Source: Armatimonadota bacterium (GTDB taxonomy: Bacteria > Vulcanimicrobiota > Xenobia > RGZZ01). From it: a stretch of 45,476 nucleotides of DNA. Location of the stretch: positions 1-45,476 of the forward strand of contig VGFD01000002.1 in NCBI GenBank assembly GCA_016868975.1. Direction: 5' to 3'. Under the pieces are notes generated by a model. The model did not search any database. It saw only the letters and a list, made by a program, of their open reading frames with translations, and had not been told where the DNA came from. Positions 18,806-26,315 of this stretch are shown piece by piece. Both the position numbers and the translations under genes were made by a program. Position 1 is the stretch's first letter; every line of letters starts with the position of its first letter.

Positions 18806-19711
18806 ATGACGTCCTGGTTTGAGCCTTCGTCCTTCATCGCGGCGACCATGATGGCCGCCCTTTGGCCGAATTCGACACCCTCTCCCCAGGAAGATGCCCT
18901 GGGCCGCACCCCGCTGCATCACGCGGCCGCGGGCGGCGACGTCGAGCGGGTGGTGGCGCTCATCGGACAGGGATGCTCGGTGGACGGCGCCAGCGACGAG
19001 GGACTCACCGCCCTGCACGAAGCCGCCTGCTGCGGCCGCAGGGAAGTCGCCGAGGCGCTGCACCGTCTGGGCGCCGATCTGAACCGCCGCACGGACGCCG
19101 GCATGACGCCGCTCGCCCTGGCCGTCGTGGGCGGCCACCTCGCCCTGGCCGGCGACCTGCTCGCCTGGGGAGCGCGCGTCAACAAGACCAACCGCGCCGG
19201 CGAGACGCCCCTGCACATCGCGGCCGAGCGCGGCTGGGCTCGCATCGTGGAAACGCTGGTCAGGCGCGGCGCCGCGCTTGAAGCGGTGGATTGCGAGGGC
19301 TTCACCGCGCTGCACTTCGCCTGCCGCTGCGGCCAGACCGGCGCGGCGCGCGTGCTGCTGAGCCACGGCGCGTCGATGGAAGCGCGGACCGACGATGAGT
19401 GCACGCCGCTCATGGTGGCGGCGTCCGGAGGATGGCTGGAAATCGTCTCCGCGCTGGTCTGGCGAGGTGCCTCGCTGCACGCCTGGGATCACTTGCGCGC
19501 GACCGCCCTGCACCACGCCGCCAGCGCCGGGCACCGCGCGGTGTGCGAGATGCTCGTGCGCTCGGGGGCCGACCTGTCAGCCCGCGACGCGTTGGGCAAG
19601 ACGCCTGCCCAGGCGGCGGCCGGCTACCCGGATGTGGAGGGGATGCTCACGCCGCGGCCGCCTCGCGCGAACAGCGGCGAGGTGTCGTTCAAGACGCTGC
19701 GCAGCGCGTAG
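18806..19711 (+). CDS. Ankyrin-repeat protein (7 full repeats plus 1 partial)
   Basis: Repeated G-x-T-[PA]-L-H-x-A-A...GA at 33-aa period. Start ATG 18806 with RBS GGGAGG. Confidence 0.93.
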   Translation: MTSWFEPSSFIAATMMAALWPNSTPSPQEDALGRTPLHHAAAGGDVERVVALIGQGCSVDGASDEGLTALHEAACCGRREVAEALHRLGADLNRRTDAGMTPLALAVVGGHLALAGDLLAWGARVNKTNRAGETPLHIAAERGWARIVETLVRRGAALEAVDCEGFTALHFACRCGQTGAARVLLSHGASMEARTDDECTPLMVAASGGWLEIVSALVWRGASLHAWDHLRATALHHAASAGHRAVCEMLVRSGADLSARDALGKTPAQAAAGYPDVEGMLTPRPPRANSGEVSFKTLRSA

Positions 19712-19732
19712 TAGAACAGGGAGGTCACACAC

Positions 19733-20134
19733 ATGCGCAAGAGGCGCGACTCGGGATTTACACTGGTGGAAATCATGATCGTCATCGCCATCATGGGAGC
19801 CCTGCTGGGAATTCTGCTGCCCAGCTACACTCACGCGATGGCGCAGGGAAAACTCTCCGCCTGCAAGAGCAACCTGAAAAACCTCTCCACCGCGATTGAA
19901 ACCTACCGGAACGATTACGGCGGACAGGCGCCGCCGATGATGCGGAGCCTGGCGCCGACCTACCTCGCCGTGCTGCCCACCTGCCCGTCACGCGGAGAAA
20001 CCTATTCGCGCAGTGTGAGCGACGACGCGCCGGACTCCTACGTGCTGTTCTGCCGCAACTGGGGCCACGGCGAACTGGGGCTCGCGAGCAATTTTCCGCA
20101 ATACTCACCCGCGGTCGGGATGCTGGAAAAGTGA
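19733..20134 (+). CDS. Type IV pilin / GspG-like major pseudopilin
   Basis: DSG-FTLVEIMIVIAIMG...CKSNLKNLSTAIETY...LPTCP. RBS GGGAGG. Confidence 0.88.
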   Translation: MRKRRDSGFTLVEIMIVIAIMGALLGILLPSYTHAMAQGKLSACKSNLKNLSTAIETYRNDYGGQAPPMMRSLAPTYLAVLPTCPSRGETYSRSVSDDAPDSYVLFCRNWGHGELGLASNFPQYSPAVGMLEK

Positions 20135-20141
20135 CGCCTGA

Positions 20142-20630
20142 CTAAAGACTGGAGTCGTCCCGCCAGTTGAGCAGCTTGAAATAGTTGGGGTTGGGGCCGC
20201 CGCCGACCCGCAGGGTCGGGGCCACGTCCAACTCGGCGTGGAGCCTGCGGCGGGCCTGAGGGGCGCTCTCGCTGCCCAGCGTGCCCTGGCTGGTGAGCAG
20301 CACGACGCGCCAGGGCGCCCGGGATTTCGACATGTCAATGGTGACCGTGTAGCGGCCGAGGAATGCGCCGTCGACGTCGGTGAAGTCCTCGGCGTACGAG
20401 TAGGTGAGCGTATCGTCAGTCAGCCGGGGAGGAAACGACGGGTCTTTCTCGAGTTTCGCGCGCGCGTCTTCCAGGCCGGCTTCGGCGATGGCGGCCGCCT
20501 GCGCGGACTGGGAGGCCTGCATCGCGCCGCGATATTGCGCCATCTTGATGCCCAGCAGCGCAAGCCCCATCACCAGCAAGATTGCGGTGACGCACATGCC
20601 GACCACCAGCGTGAAGCCGCGCCGCCTCAC
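20142..20630 (-). CDS. Small PilX-like minor pilin
   Basis: GTG 20630 overlaps TGA 20629-20627. RRRG-FTLVVGMCV, AAAIAEAGLEDARAKL PilX motif. Confidence 0.8.
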   Translation of the reverse strand: MRRRGFTLVVGMCVTAILLVMGLALLGIKMAQYRGAMQASQSAQAAAIAEAGLEDARAKLEKDPSFPPRLTDDTLTYSYAEDFTDVDGAFLGRYTVTIDMSKSRAPWRVVLLTSQGTLGSESAPQARRRLHAELDVAPTLRVGGGPNPNYFKLLNWRDDSSL

Positions 20631-21171
20631 TGCCCGATCCTCAGGCGCAGCCGGGTGGAGAGCGTTTTTACGATTTTTCCGTCCTGAAATGAAGCGTCGA
20701 TCTGGTAGAGGCCTTTTCCCTGCGCGGCGCACGAGAATCCGGCCACGCCTTCGGCCACCGCGTCGCTCCGCGCGGTTCCCTGCGCTGTGGTGACCGCGCG
20801 CAGCAGGACGCCGTTTTCCACGTGGTAGGAAATCGTGAGCATGGCCGCCGCGGGGTAAGCATCCCACGCCGCCGGAGTGGGGGATGGAGAGGCCGGAAGA
20901 GGGTTTCGTCGTCCGGATCAATTCGGGTGAAAGTCAGCGTGGATGACGTCTGCCCGGCCGACGGCGCGCTGACCACGACCGCTTCGGCAAGCTCGTCGCG
21001 CACCCGCTGCACCGCGGTCTGCCCGGCCCGCAGCGCGGTGTCCTTCTGGGACGTTTAGCGCAGCGCGCTGCCGTACTCGGCGCACAGCCCGGCCACCACG
21101 CCGAGCACGAGCGACACGAGAAACAGCGTGGCCAGCACTTCCACCAGGGTGAGGCCGCGGGCGCGTCACAT
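20627..21171 (-). pseudogene. Disrupted PilW-like prepilin
   Basis: ATG(21171)-TGA-CGC-GCC-CGC-GGC-CTC-ACC-CTG-GTG-GAA reads M*RARG-LTLVEVL. Second in-frame TAA at 21057-21055 and a 1-nt deletion near 20901. Repair gives about 181 aa. Confidence 0.8.
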
Positions 21172-21297
21172 CAGGGATCCGCAGCCCGTTGTCTGAGCGC
21201 CATGCAGGGATCTTTCGCCGCCCTTGAGGGCGCGCCTGCAAGCGCGCCTTGCCGTTGAAATGAAATTAGCGTGCGCGTCGAGAAAACAAAGGACACC

Positions 21298-22359
21298 ATG
21301 GCAGGCCAATTTGAATTGCGCATCCGCGCCGGGCGCGACTGGGCCGCGCCGCTTGAGGGCACTCGTATCGTGATCGGCTGCGATCCCTCGTGCGACGTCG
21401 TATTGCCGGACGACGGCCGCACCGCGCGTCGCCACGCCATCCTGCACCTTGCGCCCGAGGGCCCCTCGCTGGTGGATCTGCAAACCACCAGCGGCACGCT
21501 GCTCAACGACGTGCCAATTTCCAACGCGGGACTGGTACACCTTGACCGCATCGGCATCGGCGGGGCCATCCTGGTATTTCGCGACGCCGGGCGGGAAATC
21601 GATCCCGACGAGATGGCCGATCTGCTGCGTCACGAGGGCATCGTCGCGGCCGGCTCATTTGCGTGGCCGGGCATTTCGCTGGTGCCCGTCGAGCCGGTGG
21701 CTGACGACGCGGCGATCATCCGGCGCCTGGCGGATATTGCCCGCGAAAATGACGAAATGCGGGCCCGCGCCGAACGCGAGGCCGAAGCCGGCGGGCGCTT
21801 CGTGGGCGCCGTCGGCCGTCGCGTGGTCGACGCCGTCCGCAATGGCGCGCTGCACTTTACGCCGCAAGGCCGCGCCGACGATCTCACCATCTTGTTCGCC
21901 CGCTTGCACGCCTTTGAGGAAAATCCGCTCGACACTTTGCCCGCGCGCCTTAACGCGATTTTCGAGGATCTCGCGGATCGCATTTTCGAGCACGACGGCG
22001 TGGTCTGCCAGTTTTTGAAACACCGCCTGCTGGCACTTTTCGGAGGCCCCTGGACCACGTACGCCGCCGACGAAGCCGCGCGCCAGGCGGTTCGCGCCGC
22101 CGCCGCCATCGCGCCGCTTGGAGCGTGCGTCGGCATGGCTTGCGGCCCGGTCCGCCTGGGACGGGTCGGCGCGCGACGGCGCAGCACCGTGTCCGCGCAG
22201 GGAGACGCGGTCAACGTGGGCGCGCGCCTGTGCGGGCTGGCCGCGCCCGGGGAAATCCTCGTCTCGGCGCCGCTGGCCGATCGCCTCGGCACGACGCTCA
22301 CGCCGCGCCACGGCCTGACCCACAAGTCCGGTGAGCCGCTCCCGGCGTTCGTCCCGTGA
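21298..22359 (+). CDS. FHA plus degenerate class III adenylate/guanylate cyclase
   Basis: N-terminal FHA fold. Cyclase TILFARL (D lost), VCQFLKH (vs DKFIGD), GDAVNVGARL retained. RBS AAGGA before ATG 21298. Confidence 0.8.
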   Translation: MAGQFELRIRAGRDWAAPLEGTRIVIGCDPSCDVVLPDDGRTARRHAILHLAPEGPSLVDLQTTSGTLLNDVPISNAGLVHLDRIGIGGAILVFRDAGREIDPDEMADLLRHEGIVAAGSFAWPGISLVPVEPVADDAAIIRRLADIARENDEMRARAEREAEAGGRFVGAVGRRVVDAVRNGALHFTPQGRADDLTILFARLHAFEENPLDTLPARLNAIFEDLADRIFEHDGVVCQFLKHRLLALFGGPWTTYAADEAARQAVRAAAAIAPLGACVGMACGPVRLGRVGARRRSTVSAQGDAVNVGARLCGLAAPGEILVSAPLADRLGTTLTPRHGLTHKSGEPLPAFVP

Positions 22360-22688
22360 GCGGGCCGTGGACGCTGCTCTACGTGCGCTCTTCACGCGGC
22401 ATCCGCATGCGCCGGGTAGCCATCCCCGCCCAGGGAGTTGCCGTCGGCTCGAATCCCAAAGGAGGCCTTGCGCTTGACGCGGACGGCGCGGTGGACGATC
22501 GACATTTCGAAATCACGCTGGACGCGGGCGGCCCGCTCTTGCGCGCCCACGGTCCGGTGCGGGTTAATGGCAATCTCGTGGAAGGAGCCCGCCTGCGCCA
22601 CCTCGATCGCATCGAAGCCGGCACCTCGCGCCTCGTCCTCTACGACGACGCGGCCGCGCCCGCGCCGCGCCGGGCCGCACGGGCGCTG
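22356..22688 (+). pseudogene. FHA-domain gene truncated at its 3' end
   Basis: GTGA overlap with the cyclase gene. FHA-like VGS...RHFEI...VRVNG...LRHLDRIEAG, then the frame runs into the antisense of a prepilin start. Confidence 0.55.
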
Positions 22689-22745
22689 GACACCGGCCGC
22701 GATGAGCAGCTCGAGCATGGAGAAGCCGCGGCGGCGAGTTCTCAC
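22689..22745 (-). pseudogene. 5' remnant of a PilV-like prepilin
   Basis: GTG 22745 is coupled to TGA 22744-22742. It reads RTRRRG-FSMLELLIAAGV, then the hydrophobic helix breaks off. Confidence 0.65.
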
Positions 22746-23092
22746 AAGTCGCCCCCGATCCGGGCCGTCCCGCTCAGAGGCTCGCCGCTGAGCGGGACGC
22801 GCTGCTCCTGGTGGCCGGCTCGCACCGAACAATACGTCGGCCTTCTCGAGCAGACCACCGAGAGGCGCAGCTCAAACGCGCCGTCGGCGGAGATCGGCTT
22901 GCGGACGTCGAGGGGGATTTCCGGAAAGTGGAAGTCGACCACCGTCTCGCCCACGTCAGCCACGTCCCGCACCACGATCTCGAGGGGACGCGAGGAACGC
23001 TGCTCGGGTCGGCCGCCCGCGAACGCAAAGAGCGCGGCGATCACGAAGCCGAGCAGCAGGACGGCGGCCAGGATTCGGCTTTTCCGCTTCAC
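22742..23092 (-). CDS. Small membrane-anchored or exported hypothetical protein
   Basis: GTG 23092 with RBS GAGGAG. KRKSR followed by hydrophobic ILAAVLLLGFVIAALFAFA. Confidence 0.6.
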   Translation of the reverse strand: MKRKSRILAAVLLLGFVIAALFAFAGGRPEQRSSRPLEIVVRDVADVGETVVDFHFPEIPLDVRKPISADGAFELRLSVVCSRRPTYCSVRAGHQEQRVPLSGEPLSGTARIGGDL

Positions 23093-23220
23093 GGCGGCTC
23101 CTCGCGCTGGGATTTTTCCCATCGTAACAGGGGCCGCCGGGGCACGAAGTGATCGGAGACACTTTCACCACGCGTGTCATCAGGTGGAATATAGCAATCG
23201 TCGTGTCGAATTTCTTTCCG

Positions 23221-24302
23221 ATGCAGGAAACCCGCCCGTCATGGCTGCAGCGCAGGCGCATTCCTGCGTCGCTGCTCATCCCGTACACCCGGCAGTTGGC
23301 CACCATGCTGGCGGCCGGGGTGCCCACCCCCGCGCCCTCGACGGCATGGCGCGCACCGGGGACAACCTCGTGCTGAGCGCGGTGACGCTGGAGCTGAGCG
23401 CGGCGGTGGCGCGCGGCTTGAGCCTGTCGCAGGCGCTCGCCATGTACGGGCGGGTGTTCCCGCCCATTTTCGTGGCCATGGTGCGGGCCGGGGAGGAGGG
23501 CGGATCGCTGCGCCGCACCCTCACCCAGCTCGCGGACTGGATGGAGCGGGACGACCGCGCGGCGCGCCGTCTCAAGGCCACGATGGTTTATCCCGGATTC
23601 GTGGTGGCGCTCACCGCGGCGCTCACGCTGGCGTTGTTCTACTGCGTGCTTCCCCGGTTCGTGGACATCTTCAACGACATGGGCGTGACCCTCCCGGTAA
23701 TCACCCGCGGGCTCATGGAGATCACCCGGGCGGTCCGCAATCCGTGGGCGTGGCTGGCGGTGGCCTGCCTGGCCGGCGCGGGTGCGGCCGGGCTGCGTGC
23801 CATGCGCGCGGATCCTGGCGGGCGCCTCCGTATGCAGGCGCTGTCGTTTCGGATTCCGCTGGTGGGACCGCTGCTGGAGCGCAGCACGCTGGCCCGCTGG
23901 TGCGCGATGGTGAAGCTCATGCTGGGCTGCGGCGTGGGCCTCGTCCCCACCCTGCAGATCGCCGCGCTGGCCAGCGGGAGCGCGGTGCTGCAGGCGGACG
24001 CCCGCTCGCTGGTGGACGCGGTGACCAGGGGCCTCACGCTCAGCCAGGCGATGCAACGCCGCCCGCGGATTTATCCCGCGCTGCTGGTCTACATGGCGCG
24101 GGCCGGCGAGGAAACCGGCGACCTCGGGGAAATGTTCGGACACGCGGCGGTATTTTATGACCTCGACGTGGCGACGCGGCTGGAGATTTTGACGGCGTCG
24201 CTGGAGCCGCTGCTGCTCAGCGCGATCACCATCGGCGTGGGCGCGCTGGTGATCGCGATTTTCGTGCCGATATACGGGATGGTCCGCACGGTGGGGCCGT
24301 GA
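23221..24302 (+). pseudogene. PilC/GspF platform protein, frameshifted (or sequencing error)
   Basis: YTRQLATMLAAGVP in one frame, and RALDGMA...VRAGEEGGSL...AGEETGDL...LEP in another. One extra C in the C5 run at 23327-23331 restores 360 aa. Confidence 0.8.
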
Positions 24303-24308
24303 CGGGTA

Positions 24309-24602
24309 TCAAACGCGAGCCTTCCAGTCGCGGGGATTTCGCCGCCCGTGCATGACTGCGATGACCGCAATGCGTTCGCGCTCTTCCACGAAGAACACGG
24401 CGTACGGGAAACGGTGCATCAGCGCGCGCCGTACATCGGGATGCACTCTCGGATAACGGGCCGGATTCATCTCAATGGCATCGAGTGTAGTAAGAAGCTC
24501 GTCGAGGAATTGCTGTCCGAGAAGTTGCGCTTGCCGCTCATACCAGACCGAGGCCTCCTCCACGTCCCATTCGGCTTCAGGGAGGAGATAGGATGGCCTC
24601 AC
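24309..24602 (-). CDS. RelE/ParE family toxin
   Basis: EAEWDVEEASVWYE...RRALMHRFPYAVFF...VIAVMHGRRNP. Confidence 0.9.
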   Translation of the reverse strand: MRPSYLLPEAEWDVEEASVWYERQAQLLGQQFLDELLTTLDAIEMNPARYPRVHPDVRRALMHRFPYAVFFVEERERIAVIAVMHGRRNPRDWKARV

Positions 24603-24808
24603 AGACGCTTTCGAATCTGCTCAATTGCCTCTCGGGCCGGTCTGCCTGGGGAACCGCTTGAACGGTAGGTTTCGAGGCGTCGGTCAAGCTCGCGTTTTTG
24701 CTCCTCGGTCAGAGGCAAGGCATTCTGGTCCACGGCAATGCTGTCCCAGATATCTTCCACGAGCTGGATTCGTTCGGATACCGGCAGGTCGCGAATGCTC
24801 TGATCCAT
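24599..24808 (-). CDS. Addiction-module antitoxin (TIGR02574-type)
   Basis: LPVSERIQLVEDIWDSI...LTEEQKRELDRRL. The ATG overlaps the kinase stop (TGATG). Confidence 0.9.
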   Translation of the reverse strand: MDQSIRDLPVSERIQLVEDIWDSIAVDQNALPLTEEQKRELDRRLETYRSSGSPGRPAREAIEQIRKRL

Positions 24809-26226
24809 CAAACTGAGGTTCGCTCTGGCGGGTCGGTTTCCTTTGGCAGCCAGAACACGAACGTGGCGCCGCCGCCCGCGGTGGGCTCGACGCGGATCTC
24901 GCCGCGGTGGGCTTCCACCAGGCCGCGCGTGATCCACAGACCCAGGCCGCTCCCCTCGCGGGCCGTGGTATCGCCGATGCGCTGGAACGGATCGAAAATC
25001 CGCTCGCGCTCTTCCGCGGGAATTCCGGCCCCGTGATCCACCACCCGGAACACCACCGCGCGATCGGTTTCCTCCGACTCGACGATTACCTCACGGCCGA
25101 TCGGCGCATATTTTATTGAGTTGGACAAAAGATTGGTGAAAATCTGCCGCAGCTTGGCCGGGTCCGCCGCCAGCGCCTCGCAGCGCACCTTGTTGGCGAT
25201 GACCGGACGGTTTGTTGCTTCGGTGGCTTCTCCGATGAAAGCAATTTCCTCGTCCACAATCATTCGGGGGTTCACCTGGCTGCGATGCGTCTTGAAGCTC
25301 GGTGACGGCGTGGCTTCGGCGGAGGTCTGGCGGGCGGCCTCGAGATAAGTGTCCACCAGCGACCGCGCGCGCCGAGCCGCGTCGGAGATCTGCTCGATGA
25401 GCCGCGAGCGCTCGGCCGGTTCCTCGCTGTGGTCCGCGGCGTAGGCGGCCATCATGATCACGCTCAGGGGATTTTTTAGATCGTGCGCGGCCACTTGCAG
25501 GCTGTCCGACATGGCGGCGCGCTGCGCCGTGACCTCGCGCGCCTCCAACTGTCTGCGGCGGGTTTCCTCGCGCAATTGATCGGCGTGCAGGGCGGCGGCG
25601 AGCAAGGCGCCGATGGCTCGAATGAAGGGGAAATCATCCCTGGTGAGCGGCATCTCGGGCGCCGGCGTGTCCACGCAGAGCACGCCGAGAATTTCCTCGC
25701 GCGCGATGAGCGGCACGTAGATGGCTGTCTGGATGCGGTTGAGCACCACGCTGGGCGCGTCGCTCACCGCGGCGTGCTGGCTCGATCCCTGGAAAAAGAA
25801 CACCGCGTTGCCCGACTCCACCGCGTAGCGCGCCATGGAGGCGCTCACCGGGCTCCTGGGCAGTCCCTCGCGGCGCAAGACCGCCTCCGGGAGGAGCGAG
25901 CGCAGCCCGAGCACCGGGTCGGGCGGCCATTTCGCCACCGTCACCCGCTGGGCCGAGGGCACCACGTCAAAAATGCGGCGCAGCGCCGTGGCCATCAAGT
26001 CGAGGCCCTCGCAGCGCAGCATCTGCTGCGCGATGTCGGAAAGCGCCTCGACGGCGGTCTGGGCCAACGCGCCCTCGCGGACGATGGCGCCGACTTCCGC
26101 GGACGTGGCGTCGGCCTGCGCGCTCACCATGACGTCGGGATTCATGCGCCAACTGGGTTCAACGGCCAGGGCGGGCTTGCCTGTCGGTCGGGCAGTGACG
26201 CCCCACGGGGAGGATGTCGAGGCCAC
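24808..26226 (-). CDS. Cytoplasmic GAF-domain sensor histidine kinase (start uncertain)
   Basis: GAF (IYVPL...LGVLCVD), H-box AHDLKNPL, N-box NLLSNSIKY, DHGAGI, FDPF, GSGLGL. Confidence 0.9.
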   Translation of the reverse strand: MASTSSPWGVTARPTGKPALAVEPSWRMNPDVMVSAQADATSAEVGAIVREGALAQTAVEALSDIAQQMLRCEGLDLMATALRRIFDVVPSAQRVTVAKWPPDPVLGLRSLLPEAVLRREGLPRSPVSASMARYAVESGNAVFFFQGSSQHAAVSDAPSVVLNRIQTAIYVPLIAREEILGVLCVDTPAPEMPLTRDDFPFIRAIGALLAAALHADQLREETRRRQLEAREVTAQRAAMSDSLQVAAHDLKNPLSVIMMAAYAADHSEEPAERSRLIEQISDAARRARSLVDTYLEAARQTSAEATPSPSFKTHRSQVNPRMIVDEEIAFIGEATEATNRPVIANKVRCEALAADPAKLRQIFTNLLSNSIKYAPIGREVIVESEETDRAVVFRVVDHGAGIPAEERERIFDPFQRIGDTTAREGSGLGLWITRGLVEAHRGEIRVEPTAGGGATFVFWLPKETDPPERTSV

Positions 26227-26315
26227 GTGGGCGCCAGGCTGGTGCGTCGGCCGGACGACCGCTTCCCAGGTGGGTACTGACTTTTCGGTATGGCTTATAG
26301 TATGATCAAGCCGAA

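Noticed and set aside
20627-21171. Stop-codon recoding or selenocysteine at the in-frame TGA/TAA
   Set aside because: TGA and TAA terminate many normal genes here, and the gene also has a frameshift.
22356-24302. 648-aa ORF as a genuine FHA-GspF fusion
   Set aside because: The middle is antisense to a real gene with RBS and signal peptide, and the true GspF N-terminus is in another frame from 23221. This is chance read-through in GC-rich DNA.
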